DNA of 58,974 bases, from positions 2,934 to 61,907 of the forward strand of contig CAZMNK010000013.1 of the NCBI GenBank assembly GCA_964567625.1, read 5' to 3'. A model generated the notes under the pieces. That model was given only the letters and a program-made list of their open reading frames with translations. It made no database searches and had not been told where the DNA came from. Made by a program: the position numbers and the translations under genes. Positions 1 through 9,507 of this stretch are shown piece by piece. This DNA is from an uncultured Enterobacterales bacterium (lineage in GTDB: Bacteria; Myxococcota_A; UBA796; CAJQPC01). How positions within the stretch are numbered: the first letter of the stretch is position 1; each line of letters begins with the position of its first letter.

Positions 1-597
1 GACCTCCTGGTAGCCGTGCTCGGAGGTGTGCAGGTCCAGGAACAGGCTGGTGAGCGCCCGGTCCAGTCGGGCACCCAGGCCCTTGAGCACCGCAAAACGG
101 GCCCCGGACATCTGGGCGCTGGCCTCGGTGTCCAGGATCCCCAGTGACTCGGCCAGCTCGTCGTGGGCCTTGGGCTCGAAGTCGAGGGTCCGCGGGGTGC
201 CCCAGGTCCGCACGGTGACGTTGTCGTGGTCGCTGGTGCCGTCGGGAACGTCGTCCGCCAACAGGTTGGGAAGCTGCATGAGCAGGTCCGTGCGTTCGTC
301 CTCGACGGCCTTGATCTCGACCTCGATTTCCTTGGCACGGGCACTGGCATCGCGGACCTGGGCCTTGAGCCCCTCGGCCTCGTCCCGCTGGCCGGCCTTC
401 ATCAACTGGCCGATCTGGGGAGAGAGCTGGTTCCGGGTGGCCCGACAGGCCTCGCTCTCCTGGAGCAGGGCGGAACGTCGGGAGGTCAGGCTGGCGACCT
501 GGTCCGGCATGGCCAGGGTGGCCTCGTCGGCACCGCGTCGCACCAGGTGGGCGCGGACGTTGGCGGGATCCTCCGAGACAGCGCGGGGGTCAAGCAT
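1..597 (-). CDS. serS: Serine--tRNA ligase, N-terminal part (runs off window edge)
   Basis: Manual translation from ATG 597: MLDPRAVSEDPANVRAHLVRRG...LPNLLADDVPDG.SDHDNV.VRTWG...KAHDELAESLGILD...SGARF...GARLDRAL...HGYQEV, the typical SerRS coiled-coil arm and start of the catalytic domain. Absent from the ORF track because it has no stop in the window. Confidence 0.95.
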   Translation of the reverse strand, partial: MLDPRAVSEDPANVRAHLVRRGADEATLAMPDQVASLTSRRSALLQESEACRATRNQLSPQIGQLMKAGQRDEAEGLKAQVRDASARAKEIEVEIKAVEDERTDLLMQLPNLLADDVPDGTSDHDNVTVRTWGTPRTLDFEPKAHDELAESLGILDTEASAQMSGARFAVLKGLGARLDRALTSLFLDLHTSEHGYQEV

Positions 598-620
598 GGC
601 TTCTCCTGCACCCCGGCCGT

Positions 621-1229
621 CTAACGCAGCAGGTCCACGAGGTGTGCGACCAATGCGGTCTGGACGGCCGTCTTCTCCAGGGGCCGGCCCGCCTGGGCGA
701 CCATCGAGGTCAACAACCCGCTCTCCAGGCCACAGGGGTGAATCCGCTGGAAGTAGTCCAGGTCCACGTCGACATTCAAGGCCAGGCCGTGCCAGGTGAC
801 CCACTGCCGGCAGGCAATGCCGACAGAGCAGACCTTGCGTCCCCCGACCCAGGCCCCCGTGTTCCGGCCGTCCCGGCCAGCGACCAGGTCGAAGTCACCG
901 CAGGTTCGAATGGCGGCCTCTTCCAGCCGCCGCAGGTGATCGTGCAGATCCTGCCGGGCTCCTTCCAGGGCCACGATGGGGTAGACCACCACCTGGCCGG
1001 GCCCGTGAAAGGTGACGTCCCCCCCGCGCTCGACGGGGATCACCGGGACGTCTCCGGCGTCGAGCAGGTTGGCCTTGGCGCTGCGCTTTCGGCCCAGGGT
1101 GAAGACCGGGTCGTGTTCGACCACCAACAGGGTGTCGGGGGTGGTCCGGGCGATGCGGGCGGCCAGGACCTCCTGTTGCAGGGCATGGGCTTCCCGGTAG
1201 CCGAGGCGACCCAGCTCCCGGACGTTCAT
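621..1229 (-). CDS. lipB: Octanoyltransferase LipB
   Basis: Motifs EHDPVFTLG, RGGDVTFHGPGQ, KVCSVG, HGLALN, IHPCG. Confidence 0.95.
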   Translation of the reverse strand: MNVRELGRLGYREAHALQQEVLAARIARTTPDTLLVVEHDPVFTLGRKRSAKANLLDAGDVPVIPVERGGDVTFHGPGQVVVYPIVALEGARQDLHDHLRRLEEAAIRTCGDFDLVAGRDGRNTGAWVGGRKVCSVGIACRQWVTWHGLALNVDVDLDYFQRIHPCGLESGLLTSMVAQAGRPLEKTAVQTALVAHLVDLLR

Positions 1230-1819
1230 GGCAGGAAGTCGGCGACGGCGGCCATCACCCGGGCATGGACCTGGTCGGGGGTTCCCCGGGCGTCCACGGG
1301 CACGATGTGCTCTCCCCGAGCCGCCAGCAGTGCCAGGGCCGCGCCATAGGCCGCGGAGACCTGCTCCAGGGAGCTCCGGGTCTCGAAGCGGTCCAGGGGT
1401 CGTCCCCGGGCGCTGATCCGGTCCAGGCAGTCGTCGATGGACAGGTCCAGGAAGAGGGTCACGTCAGGGGCGCGGAACGCGGCGTTCAGGGACAGGACCT
1501 GCTCCAGGGGAGCGGCGAGGGACTGGTAGGCCAACGAGGAGTGGTAGTAGCGATCGGTGACGACCATCCGACCGGCTTCGATGGCGGGCCCGATCTCCCG
1601 GTCCAGGTGGTCCCGGCGATCAGCGGCAAAAAGGTACGGAAGCACCCCATCGGAGAGAGGGTTCTTTCCGGCCAGGGCAGCCCGGATCAACTGGCCCACG
1701 GGCCCGGTGGAGGGCTCCGCTGTCGCCAGTGCCCCCTCGACGGCCGCCACCAGTTTCTGGACCTGGGTCGTCCCCCCGGATCCGTCGAGCCCTTCGATGG
1801 CGATGAAGGCACCTTTCAT
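1226..1819 (-). CDS. tmk: Thymidylate (dTMP) kinase
   Basis: FIAIEGLDGSGGTTQ P-loop, EPS, LFAADR, DRYYHSSLAYQ. Stop overlaps the lipB start (ATGA). Confidence 0.9.
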   Translation of the reverse strand: MKGAFIAIEGLDGSGGTTQVQKLVAAVEGALATAEPSTGPVGQLIRAALAGKNPLSDGVLPYLFAADRRDHLDREIGPAIEAGRMVVTDRYYHSSLAYQSLAAPLEQVLSLNAAFRAPDVTLFLDLSIDDCLDRISARGRPLDRFETRSSLEQVSAAYGAALALLAARGEHIVPVDARGTPDQVHARVMAAVADFLP

Positions 1820-1930
1820 GGGTCGAAAGTAACTCTTTACAGGGGGCTGTCATCGTGCGGTTTAGGGTCTGTGGGCGAAGGAGGGGGATTCGCCCCGTCC
1901 ATCCCGACGTCCTGCACCGAGACCTCGTCG

Positions 1931-3502
1931 ATGACTTCTCTCCTCCTTCTTGGCGCCGCCCTGGCTGCCCCGGCGCATGTGCATCCCACGGCCGACACCC
2001 TGACCAAGCAGTCCCTCACCGAGAGCGTCTGGGAACACTTCGACCCGGCAACGGCCTCGCCATCGCTGGTGGACCGTTTTGCCTGTGGCACCGGCGTAGT
2101 GCAGCAGTTGAAGGACAATTGGGACTGGTTCACCCCTGAAGAAAGGGCCGAGCTGACGAACCTGGTGGCTCCTTTCAAAGAGGACCTGCTCCAGGCACTC
2201 CCGGCGAATCCTCCACCGCCCCCGGGTGAGTTCCCCGAGGGAACCTGCTGGGAACAGATGGGCACCTACCGACACGCCACCGATCACTTTGCAGTGGAAT
2301 GGGACGGGTCGAACATCGAGGAGTCCGACATCGAGGACTTCGGCGAGGCGTTGGAGACGGCCTGGAGCAACCAGGTCGAAGAGCTGGGTTGGAGGCAGCC
2401 CCACAAGAGCGACGAGTACAAGGTGATGGTCTACGTGGACAGTTCCAACTACGCCGGCGCCTACACCTCGGTGGAGGTCTGCTCCGGCTCCCAGTTGGCC
2501 TACATCGTCACCGGCAACGGCATCTTCTGGGGGGACTGGTACCAGGACCTGGCGGCCCACGAATTCAACCACGCGATCCAGTTCGCCTATGGCTACGCCC
2601 ACGAGTTCTACTTCTGGGAGTCCACAGCCACCTACATCGAGGAGCAGACCTACCCGTCCCACAATGCCTGGGCTCCGTACATCGCCGGCTACACGGCGAA
2701 CCCCTGGATCGCCATGAACGCGTCCAGCCAGCAGAGCCAGGACATCTTCAGCCACATGTACGCCATGGCGATCCTGAATTTCTACCTGGATGAGTACGTG
2801 GGGGGACACGATCTCATCCGGGAACTCTGGGAGTACTCAGAGCGCTTTCCCATGGACGTCTACAACCTGTACCTGCCGGATGCCCTGGAGTCCCTGGACC
2901 ACGACTGGAACGAGATCTACACCGGCTTCATCGCGGCGAACACGGTCATGGACTACGAGGAAGGCAACCGCATGGGCCGCGTCGAACGCATGGACTGGTT
3001 CGACGAGTTGCCCGTGAATTCGGCCAACAGCGAGCGAGTCACCCGACCCGAGAGCCTGGGCCAGAACTTCTGGCGACTCAATGGCGATGCGGCAGACAGC
3101 GATGAGCCGGACCTGGTGCTGCTCTTCGAGGGTGAACTGGACGGTGAATGGCTGGTGCTCCTGGTGGGCACCACCGACGACCGGGTCCAGCGGATCGTGA
3201 CCGCCGAGGCCGTTGATGGCGATGACGATGTGGAAACCTACGAGGCCTTGATGACCGACTGGGGCCAGCACGAGGACGTCTGGGTCGTGATGTCGCCCAC
3301 CACCCGGTCCGATGAGGACTTCAGCTATGTCTTTGACCTCTGGGCCGAGGCCCCTCCCGTGGAGGAGACGGCACCGGAGGAAGAAGCTGAGGAAGGGACT
3401 CGGCTGCCCATCGTGGGCTCCTGCTCCACCTCGCCTCTCGCACCGCGACCGGCCTGGCTGTGGCTCGCCCTGGCCGGCCTGGTGGTTCGCCGCCAGCGCT
3501 GA
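1931..3502 (+). CDS. Secreted zinc metalloprotease (MXAN_6640-like) with MYXO-CTERM-type C-terminal anchor
   Basis: Signal peptide MTSLLLLGAALAA from ATG 1931, HEFNH zincin motif with downstream WESTATY, acidic body, C-terminal GSCSTS...WLWLALAGLVVRRQR. The ORF-track start at 1265 overlaps tmk. Confidence 0.8.
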   Translation: MTSLLLLGAALAAPAHVHPTADTLTKQSLTESVWEHFDPATASPSLVDRFACGTGVVQQLKDNWDWFTPEERAELTNLVAPFKEDLLQALPANPPPPPGEFPEGTCWEQMGTYRHATDHFAVEWDGSNIEESDIEDFGEALETAWSNQVEELGWRQPHKSDEYKVMVYVDSSNYAGAYTSVEVCSGSQLAYIVTGNGIFWGDWYQDLAAHEFNHAIQFAYGYAHEFYFWESTATYIEEQTYPSHNAWAPYIAGYTANPWIAMNASSQQSQDIFSHMYAMAILNFYLDEYVGGHDLIRELWEYSERFPMDVYNLYLPDALESLDHDWNEIYTGFIAANTVMDYEEGNRMGRVERMDWFDELPVNSANSERVTRPESLGQNFWRLNGDAADSDEPDLVLLFEGELDGEWLVLLVGTTDDRVQRIVTAEAVDGDDDVETYEALMTDWGQHEDVWVVMSPTTRSDEDFSYVFDLWAEAPPVEETAPEEEAEEGTRLPIVGSCSTSPLAPRPAWLWLALAGLVVRRQR

Positions 3503-3518
3503 AGGATAGAACCTGTCG

Positions 3519-4145
3519 ATGATCGCCATCGACGAACACCCGCTGCTCGACCTCCAGGCCTTTGAGGCCATCTTTCCGGATGTCCTGGGTCCACTGACCT
3601 CGCCCCAGTCCTGGCTGGATCTTCTCCAGCCCGAGGCTGTGGGTCCCATGCAGACCAGTGCCGAGGTGAAGCTGGCGGTCCGCGACCTGCTCCGTCACGG
3701 GGGTTTCAAGCCCAGTGGGCGCAGCAAGCCGGCATCGGAGTACCTCCTCAAGGCTGCTGCGGGGGGATTTCTGGGCCCCATCAACCCGGTGGTCGACGCC
3801 TGCAACGTGGTGAGCCTTCACAGCGGCCTGCCGATCAGCGTGGTGGATGTGGATCGGGCAGTCGGGTCCCTGAGCGTGGCCATCTGTCCCCCCGAGACCA
3901 GCTACGTCTTCAACGCCAGTGGCCAGGAGATTCGGCTGGACGGCCTGGTCTGCCTTCACGATGGTGAGGGACCCTGCGCGAACGCGGTCAAGGACTGCCA
4001 GCGCACCAAGACCCACGAGGGCACGACTCGGGTGGTCTGCGTGGTCTGGGGAACGACGGCCCTTCCCGGTCGCGCAGCGGAGGCGGCGGGCTGGTACCGA
4101 GAACTCCTGGAAGAGGTGGGGGCGACGACGAGCGCTCTGTCGTGA
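3519..4145 (+). CDS. Stand-alone B3/B4 domain protein (PheRS beta editing-domain-like)
   Basis: GFKPSGRSKPASEYL, INPVVDACNVVSLHSGLPISVVD, DGEGPCANAVKD. Confidence 0.8.
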   Translation: MIAIDEHPLLDLQAFEAIFPDVLGPLTSPQSWLDLLQPEAVGPMQTSAEVKLAVRDLLRHGGFKPSGRSKPASEYLLKAAAGGFLGPINPVVDACNVVSLHSGLPISVVDVDRAVGSLSVAICPPETSYVFNASGQEIRLDGLVCLHDGEGPCANAVKDCQRTKTHEGTTRVVCVVWGTTALPGRAAEAAGWYRELLEEVGATTSALS

Positions 4146-4160
4146 CCCCCTTGCCCGGTC

Positions 4161-5564
4161 CTACTTGTTCAGCACGTGAATCGCCTCGCCAAGGGCGGCC
4201 TTGGCGGCTTCCATCACGCTCTCCCCCAGGGTCGGGTGGGGGTGGATGGTCAGCCCGATGTCCTGGGCCTCTGCGTCCATCTCGATGGCCAGGGCACACT
4301 CGCTGATCAGGTCGCTGGCGTGGGCGCCGACAATGGTGACGCCCAGTACACGGTTGTCGTTGGCGTCCAGGACGACCTTGACGAAACCGTCGGTGTCGTT
4401 GGTGGTGAGGGAGCGGCCCACGGCGGCAAAGGGGACCTTGCCGACCTTGAGTTCGTGGCCACGGTCGCTGGCCTCGTGCTCCATCAGTCCGGCAGTGGCG
4501 ATCTCCGGGTCGGTGAACACCACGGCTGGCACAGTCCGGGCCTGGTTTTCGACGTTGTGGCCGGCGATGACCTCGGCGACGACCTCGCCCTCGTGGGTGG
4601 CCTTGTGGGCGAGCATGGGCTGGCCGGCCACATCGCCGATGGCGTAGAGCCCGGGCACGCTGGTCTTGCACTGCCGGTCGATTTTGATGAACCGGCCGTC
4701 CATCTCTACCCCCAGGTCCTCGAGTCCCAGGTTCTCGGTGTTCGGACGGCGACCGACCGTGACCAGGATCACGTCGGTCTCCAGGCTTTCGGTGCCCTTG
4801 GGGGTCTCGATGGTGACCACGGCCCCGTTCTCACCCTCTTCCCAGCCCAGCGCCTTGGACTTGAGCTTGATGTCGACCTTGTTCTTCTTGAGTTTGCGGG
4901 CGATGACCTTGACCACGTCCGGGTCGAATCCAGGCATGAGCTGGTCCATGAATTCGACCACCGTCACGTGGCTGCCAAACTTGTTCAGCACGCTGCCGAG
5001 CTCCAGGCCGATGTAGCCCCCGCCAATGACGACCACACGTTCGGGCAGGTCCTGGATGTCCAGGGCCCGGGTCGAGTCCATGATCCGGGGATCGGCGAAG
5101 CTGAAGCCGGGGATCTCGACCGGCCGGGAGCCCGTGGCCAGCACGATGTGGTCGGACTCGACTCGCACGGTGCCCTCGGCGGTCTCGACCTCCAGGGCCC
5201 CAGGCCCCACGAGCCTGGCGGTCCCGGACATCCGGTCCGCGCCATTGCCCTTCAGGAGTGCCTGGACCCCGTTGGTGAGCTTCTTCACCACGCTGCCCTT
5301 CCAGGCTTGCATCGTCGGTATGTCCAGGGTCGCCTCGCCGCTGACCTGGATGCCCATGGCTCCGGCCTTGCGGATCTCGTGCAGGCGCTTGCCGGCGGTG
5401 ATCAGGGCCTTTGACGGAATGCAGCCCACGTTCAGGCAGACGCCGCCCCAGTACTCCTTTTCGATGCAGAGGGTCTCGACCCCCAACTGTGCGAGGCGAA
5501 TGGCGCAGGGGTAGCCCCCGGGGCCTGCTCCGACCACGACGGCCTGGTACCGCTTGGTTTCCAT
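4161..5564 (-). CDS. lpdA: Dihydrolipoamide dehydrogenase (E3)
   Basis: GAGPGG FAD motif, GGVCLNVGCIPSK redox disulfide, GGGYIG NAD motif, HPHPTLGE. Confidence 0.96.
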   Translation of the reverse strand: METKRYQAVVVGAGPGGYPCAIRLAQLGVETLCIEKEYWGGVCLNVGCIPSKALITAGKRLHEIRKAGAMGIQVSGEATLDIPTMQAWKGSVVKKLTNGVQALLKGNGADRMSGTARLVGPGALEVETAEGTVRVESDHIVLATGSRPVEIPGFSFADPRIMDSTRALDIQDLPERVVVIGGGYIGLELGSVLNKFGSHVTVVEFMDQLMPGFDPDVVKVIARKLKKNKVDIKLKSKALGWEEGENGAVVTIETPKGTESLETDVILVTVGRRPNTENLGLEDLGVEMDGRFIKIDRQCKTSVPGLYAIGDVAGQPMLAHKATHEGEVVAEVIAGHNVENQARTVPAVVFTDPEIATAGLMEHEASDRGHELKVGKVPFAAVGRSLTTNDTDGFVKVVLDANDNRVLGVTIVGAHASDLISECALAIEMDAEAQDIGLTIHPHPTLGESVMEAAKAALGEAIHVLNK

Positions 5565-5585
5565 GACTTCTCCTGCTGTTCTGCT

Positions 5586-6278
5586 TCAGCCGACGCTGAG
5601 GCCGACGTCCCCGCTGGGATCGGTTTCGTTGAGTTTATTCCGGGTTCGCTCGAGGGGGTCCTCGCCGGGGGTGAGATGGGCTTCAATGAACCGGGGTCCT
5701 CCGGCTGCGCGGGCGTTGGAGACCGCGCTCAACACCTCACTGAGCAGGCCCCCGTCCACCTTGCGGGCCTGGATCCCAAAAGCCAGGGCGTGATGGCTCA
5801 AGGTTCCGGACAACTGCTCCGCGTAGGGAGCGTCTTGGCCCCTCTGCCATGCGTGGGCCAGGAAGATGACCCGCAGGTGGTGGAGGGCGGCGAAGTTCAG
5901 GGACTCGTGAAAGGCGCCGCAACTGGCGGAGCCCTCGCCCAGAAAACAGAGCACCGCGTCCTTGGGGTTGGCCATCGCCAGGCCGCAGGCGTGAAGCATG
6001 CGGGCAGCGGGGGAGGTGGTGACAGGTGCGACCCGCCAGGGCCGGGCGCCGGCGTGACCGTCCACCAGTCGCTCCGTTGGGCATCCTCGCAGGACCACCC
6101 CCAGCCGTTCCCGCAGCCCGGGGATGACCCAGTCGGTCTTCTCTATACCCAGAAATCCTCCAGCGATGACGGCCTCCAGGCCCTGGGCGGGCACCGGCAG
6201 CGGAAGGGTTCTCGCCGCCTGCAAGGCCTGGTCGGTCTCGCGGATCAGGCTCAGGGCATCCCACATCGACAGCTTCAC
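5586..6278 (-). CDS. Short, degenerate 2-oxoacid dehydrogenase E1 alpha-like protein
   Basis: GLEA, DWVIPGLRE, LCFLGEGSASCGAFHESLNFAA, VDGG, GGPRFIEA all match E1alpha. It is only 230 aa, the NN of the ThDP motif is replaced (FLAHAW) and the YR..H loop is absent. Confidence 0.75.
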   Translation of the reverse strand: MKLSMWDALSLIRETDQALQAARTLPLPVPAQGLEAVIAGGFLGIEKTDWVIPGLRERLGVVLRGCPTERLVDGHAGARPWRVAPVTTSPAARMLHACGLAMANPKDAVLCFLGEGSASCGAFHESLNFAALHHLRVIFLAHAWQRGQDAPYAEQLSGTLSHHALAFGIQARKVDGGLLSEVLSAVSNARAAGGPRFIEAHLTPGEDPLERTRNKLNETDPSGDVGLSVG

Positions 6279-7597
6279 GAGAGGTCCAGGATCAGTGTGG
6301 CGGGGGTCTCCAGGATCTTCTTCAGGGCGGCCACGAACCGGGCGCCTACGGCCCCATCGATGATCCGGTGATCAAAAGAGGGGGACAGGTACATCATGTC
6401 GCGAATGGCGATCTCGCCATCGACGACCATCGGCCGTTGGACGATGCGGTTCACGCCGAGGATGGCGACCTCGGGCACGTTGAGGATCGGGGTGGCGAAA
6501 ACGCCGCCGATGTTGCCGACGCTGGTCACGGTAAAGGTGCCACCCTGGAGCTCCTCCATGCGGACCTTGCCCGCCCGGGTGCGCTCGACCAGGTCCGCCA
6601 TCTCCGCTGCGATCTGCAGCACCGACTTCTGCTCGACGTTCTTGACGACCGGCACGAACAGGCCCTGGGGCGTGTCCGTGGCCACGCCGATGTTCACATC
6701 GCCCTTGACCACCAGGGTGAAGGGATCCTCCTCGAGGACCGCATTGACGTTGGGGAAGTCCCGGAAGACGAGGCTGGCGGCCTTCATCACAAAGGGGAGG
6801 TAGGTGAGTTTCACACCCCGGGAGGCAGCTTCCGTCTTGAGCTGGTTCCGAACCCGGACCAACTCGGTCACGTCGATCTCGTCCACATAGGTGAAATGCG
6901 GGGCGGTCTGCTTGGCGTGGACCATCTGCTCGGCGATCTTGCGGCGCAGGCCGATGATCTTGATGCGTTCTTCGGCGCCGCTGGGCACGGCATTGGCCTG
7001 GGGCACCGCGGGGGGCGCCTTGGGTGCGGGCGGCGGGGTGGCAGCGGCTGCCTGGGCTGCAGGAGAGGTCAGGGCCACCAGGTCCGCCCGGGTCACGCGG
7101 CCATCCTTGCCACTGCCAGTCACGGCACGCAGATCGATGCCCAGCTCCTTGGCCTGGCGGCGCACGGCTGGGCTGGCCAGGGCCTTGGAAGGCGCTGGTG
7201 GGACGGGGACAGGGGCCGGCTCGGCGGCTGCGAGTGGGGGCACTGCGACGGGGCCCGGAGGGGGCACGAGGGTGGGCTTTGTGGCTCCTCCGTTCTCCGG
7301 GGGTTCGGGGCGGGTCTTGGGCGCCATCGTGGACTTCGCGGGGGCCGCAGCGGCCTGGCCGTCGCCCGTGGCGATGTCGACCAGCGGGGCGTGAACGGCC
7401 ACCACATCGCCGGCGGCATGGTGCAGCTTGGCGATTCGACCGGACCTGGGAGTACTGATCTCCACGGTGGCCTTGTCGGTCATGATCTCGCAGACCGGCT
7501 GGTCTTCGTTGATCACGTCTCCTTCGGAGACCAGCCAACGAACGACTTCACCTTCGATGATGCCTTCGCCGATTTCGGGCAGTTTGAACTGGAACAT
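6275..7597 (-). CDS. Dihydrolipoamide acyltransferase (E2) of a 2-oxoacid dehydrogenase
   Basis: Lipoyl domain with MTDKA, Ala/Pro linker, peripheral subunit-binding domain (ASPAVRR..GSGKDGRV), catalytic DHRIIDG. Confidence 0.95.
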   Translation of the reverse strand: MFQFKLPEIGEGIIEGEVVRWLVSEGDVINEDQPVCEIMTDKATVEISTPRSGRIAKLHHAAGDVVAVHAPLVDIATGDGQAAAAPAKSTMAPKTRPEPPENGGATKPTLVPPPGPVAVPPLAAAEPAPVPVPPAPSKALASPAVRRQAKELGIDLRAVTGSGKDGRVTRADLVALTSPAAQAAAATPPPAPKAPPAVPQANAVPSGAEERIKIIGLRRKIAEQMVHAKQTAPHFTYVDEIDVTELVRVRNQLKTEAASRGVKLTYLPFVMKAASLVFRDFPNVNAVLEEDPFTLVVKGDVNIGVATDTPQGLFVPVVKNVEQKSVLQIAAEMADLVERTRAGKVRMEELQGGTFTVTSVGNIGGVFATPILNVPEVAILGVNRIVQRPMVVDGEIAIRDMMYLSPSFDHRIIDGAVGARFVAALKKILETPATLILDLS

Positions 7598-7609
7598 GAG
7601 GGAGGACTC

Positions 7610-8524
7610 CTAAAACTGAACGCTGCTCACCAGGGCAGCAGCGACCTGGTCCGGGTTGCCTGCTGCGACGGCAGGCGGGGACTCCAGGTAGAGAAAGGCG
7701 GCATCGGTCGTGGCTCTGATGAGCCGGTCTTCCAGGGTTTGATCGGAGGACTCCGATCCGACCACCAGGACGCGACCGGTACGACGGACGGACTTGGCGA
7801 GGGTGGCCAGGTCCAGGGGGGACAGGGAGCGGAGATCCAGGACCTCGGCCTTGTAGCCGTGGGGTTCGCAGGCCTCGGCAGCGGCGAGGGCGGTGGCCAC
7901 ACCGGCTCCCCAGGAGAGCAGGGTGATGTGGGCGCCACGACGGACGATGCGGGCGGAACCCAGGGGGACCGGGTGTTCGTTCACCGGTCCCTGCGTGGCG
8001 TAGAGGGCCATCGGCTCCAGGATCACGACCGGTCCCCGGTGGCGCACGGCGGATCGGAGCAGTCCGCCGGCATCCTGGGGGGTCGAAGGGCTTACCACCG
8101 CCAGTCCCTCGGTGCTGCTGAGCAGGCCGGCAACGCACGCTTCCTCCAGGGCCCCGACCGGGCCAAAGGGCAGGCGCAGGATCAGAGGCGCCACGAATTC
8201 GCCACGGGTTCGCCGGGCCAGGGTGCTGATCTCCCCCAGGAGCTGGTCCAGGGCCCCGTGCACCCGTCCGGCAGAGGGCAATTCCACGATGGGAATCCGA
8301 CCGCCCATCGCCAGGCCTGCCGCCACGCCGAGCAGTCCGGATTCGCTGAGAGGCGTCTGGATCACCCGTTCCGGTCCGTAGGCAGCCCTCAGTCCCTCGC
8401 AGGTCCCGGCCACGCCACCCAGCGTGTCGACGTTCTCCCCCAACAGGAGGATGTCCGGCTCCTGGAGCATGAGCTCTTCAAGGGTGTCTCGGATGGCTCG
8501 GGCCATCGTGATGGAGGTGCTCAC
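7610..8524 (-). CDS. Degenerate 2-oxoacid dehydrogenase E1 beta-like protein
   Basis: LLGENV..GGV, RVIQTPLSE, PSTPQDA.GLL, LDLRSLSPLD, RTGRVLVV match E1beta. EIQF is replaced by ELPS and the HS catalytic motif is missing. Confidence 0.85.
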   Translation of the reverse strand: MSTSITMARAIRDTLEELMLQEPDILLLGENVDTLGGVAGTCEGLRAAYGPERVIQTPLSESGLLGVAAGLAMGGRIPIVELPSAGRVHGALDQLLGEISTLARRTRGEFVAPLILRLPFGPVGALEEACVAGLLSSTEGLAVVSPSTPQDAGGLLRSAVRHRGPVVILEPMALYATQGPVNEHPVPLGSARIVRRGAHITLLSWGAGVATALAAAEACEPHGYKAEVLDLRSLSPLDLATLAKSVRRTGRVLVVGSESSDQTLEDRLIRATTDAAFLYLESPPAVAAGNPDQVAAALVSSVQF

Positions 8525-9429
8525 AGGGTCAGCTCCTCTGCAGGCGTTTGCCCGTGCTGCAGGAACTCGCGGATGTAGTACTCCCCGGCCTTGTAGCTCG
8601 AGCGAACCAGCGGGCCCGAGGCCACCACTTCAAAGCCCATGGTCCTGGCTTCCTCTTTCCATTCGTCGAAGCGCTCGGGATCGATGTAGGCATCGACCTT
8701 GAGATGCTTTGCGGTGGGCTGCAGGTACTGGCCGAGAGTCAGAAAGGAGACACCGACGTCACGCAGATCTCGCATGCACTGGCGGACCTCTTCCGTGGTC
8801 TCGCCACACCCCACCATGATCGAGGACTTGGTGTGGTGGGTCGGGCGGCGCTGTTTCAGCCAGGCGAGCACGTCCAGGCTCTGCCGGTAGCCGGCCCTGG
8901 GATCCCGGACGGTTGGGGTCAGCCGTTCCACGGTCTCGATGTTGTGGGCGATGACGGTCGGGTTGGCGGCGACGATGTGTTCCAGCAGGTCTGTACGGCC
9001 CTGGAAGTCCGGGATGAGCACTTCGACCAGGGTCTTCGGGGCGGCCTGGTGGATCGCCCGAATGCAGGTGGCGTAGTGGTCGGCCCCCTGGAGCGGAAGT
9101 TCATCGCGGTTCACCGAGGTGACCACCACGTAGTCCAGGTCCAACTCCCGGATGGTCTGGGCCAGGTTCGTCGGCTCGTCGGGATCCAGGGGGGCGCCAG
9201 CCCGACGGGTGTTCACCGCGCAGAAGCGGCAGCCGCGGGTGCAGATGTCACCCATGACCATGAACGTGGCGGTTCCGCCACCCCAGCACTCCCCGATGTT
9301 GGGGCAACGGGCTTCCTCGCACACGGTGTGCAGGTTCAACTCGCGGGCTCGAGCCTTGATCCGCGCGTAGCGGGCCTGGCGCTCGCCGGACGGCTGCCGA
9401 ACCTTGATCCAGGGGGGCTTGCGACCCAA
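8521..9429 (-). CDS. lipA: Lipoyl synthase
   Basis: KPPWIK, CEEARCPNIGEC, CTRGCRFC, PLVRSSY. TTG start at 9429 has GGAGG upstream; the 558-aa ORF extension is antisense to the peroxiredoxin gene. Confidence 0.95.
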   Translation of the reverse strand: MGRKPPWIKVRQPSGERQARYARIKARARELNLHTVCEEARCPNIGECWGGGTATFMVMGDICTRGCRFCAVNTRRAGAPLDPDEPTNLAQTIRELDLDYVVVTSVNRDELPLQGADHYATCIRAIHQAAPKTLVEVLIPDFQGRTDLLEHIVAANPTVIAHNIETVERLTPTVRDPRAGYRQSLDVLAWLKQRRPTHHTKSSIMVGCGETTEEVRQCMRDLRDVGVSFLTLGQYLQPTAKHLKVDAYIDPERFDEWKEEARTMGFEVVASGPLVRSSYKAGEYYIREFLQHGQTPAEELTL

Positions 9430-9507
9430 GATGCGTGCCTCCCGTTGGGGGAGATTCTCGTAACCGACGCACTGGGGGTGCTCCAGGGAGGGGGTTAGGC
9501 TCATGCC

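Noticed and set aside
6368-8578. Long antisense ORFs (also 25551-27938, 27265-29562, 44982-47342, 55808-57577)
   Set aside because: They mirror well-supported genes on the other strand, an expected effect of high GC3 codon bias; no motifs recognised.
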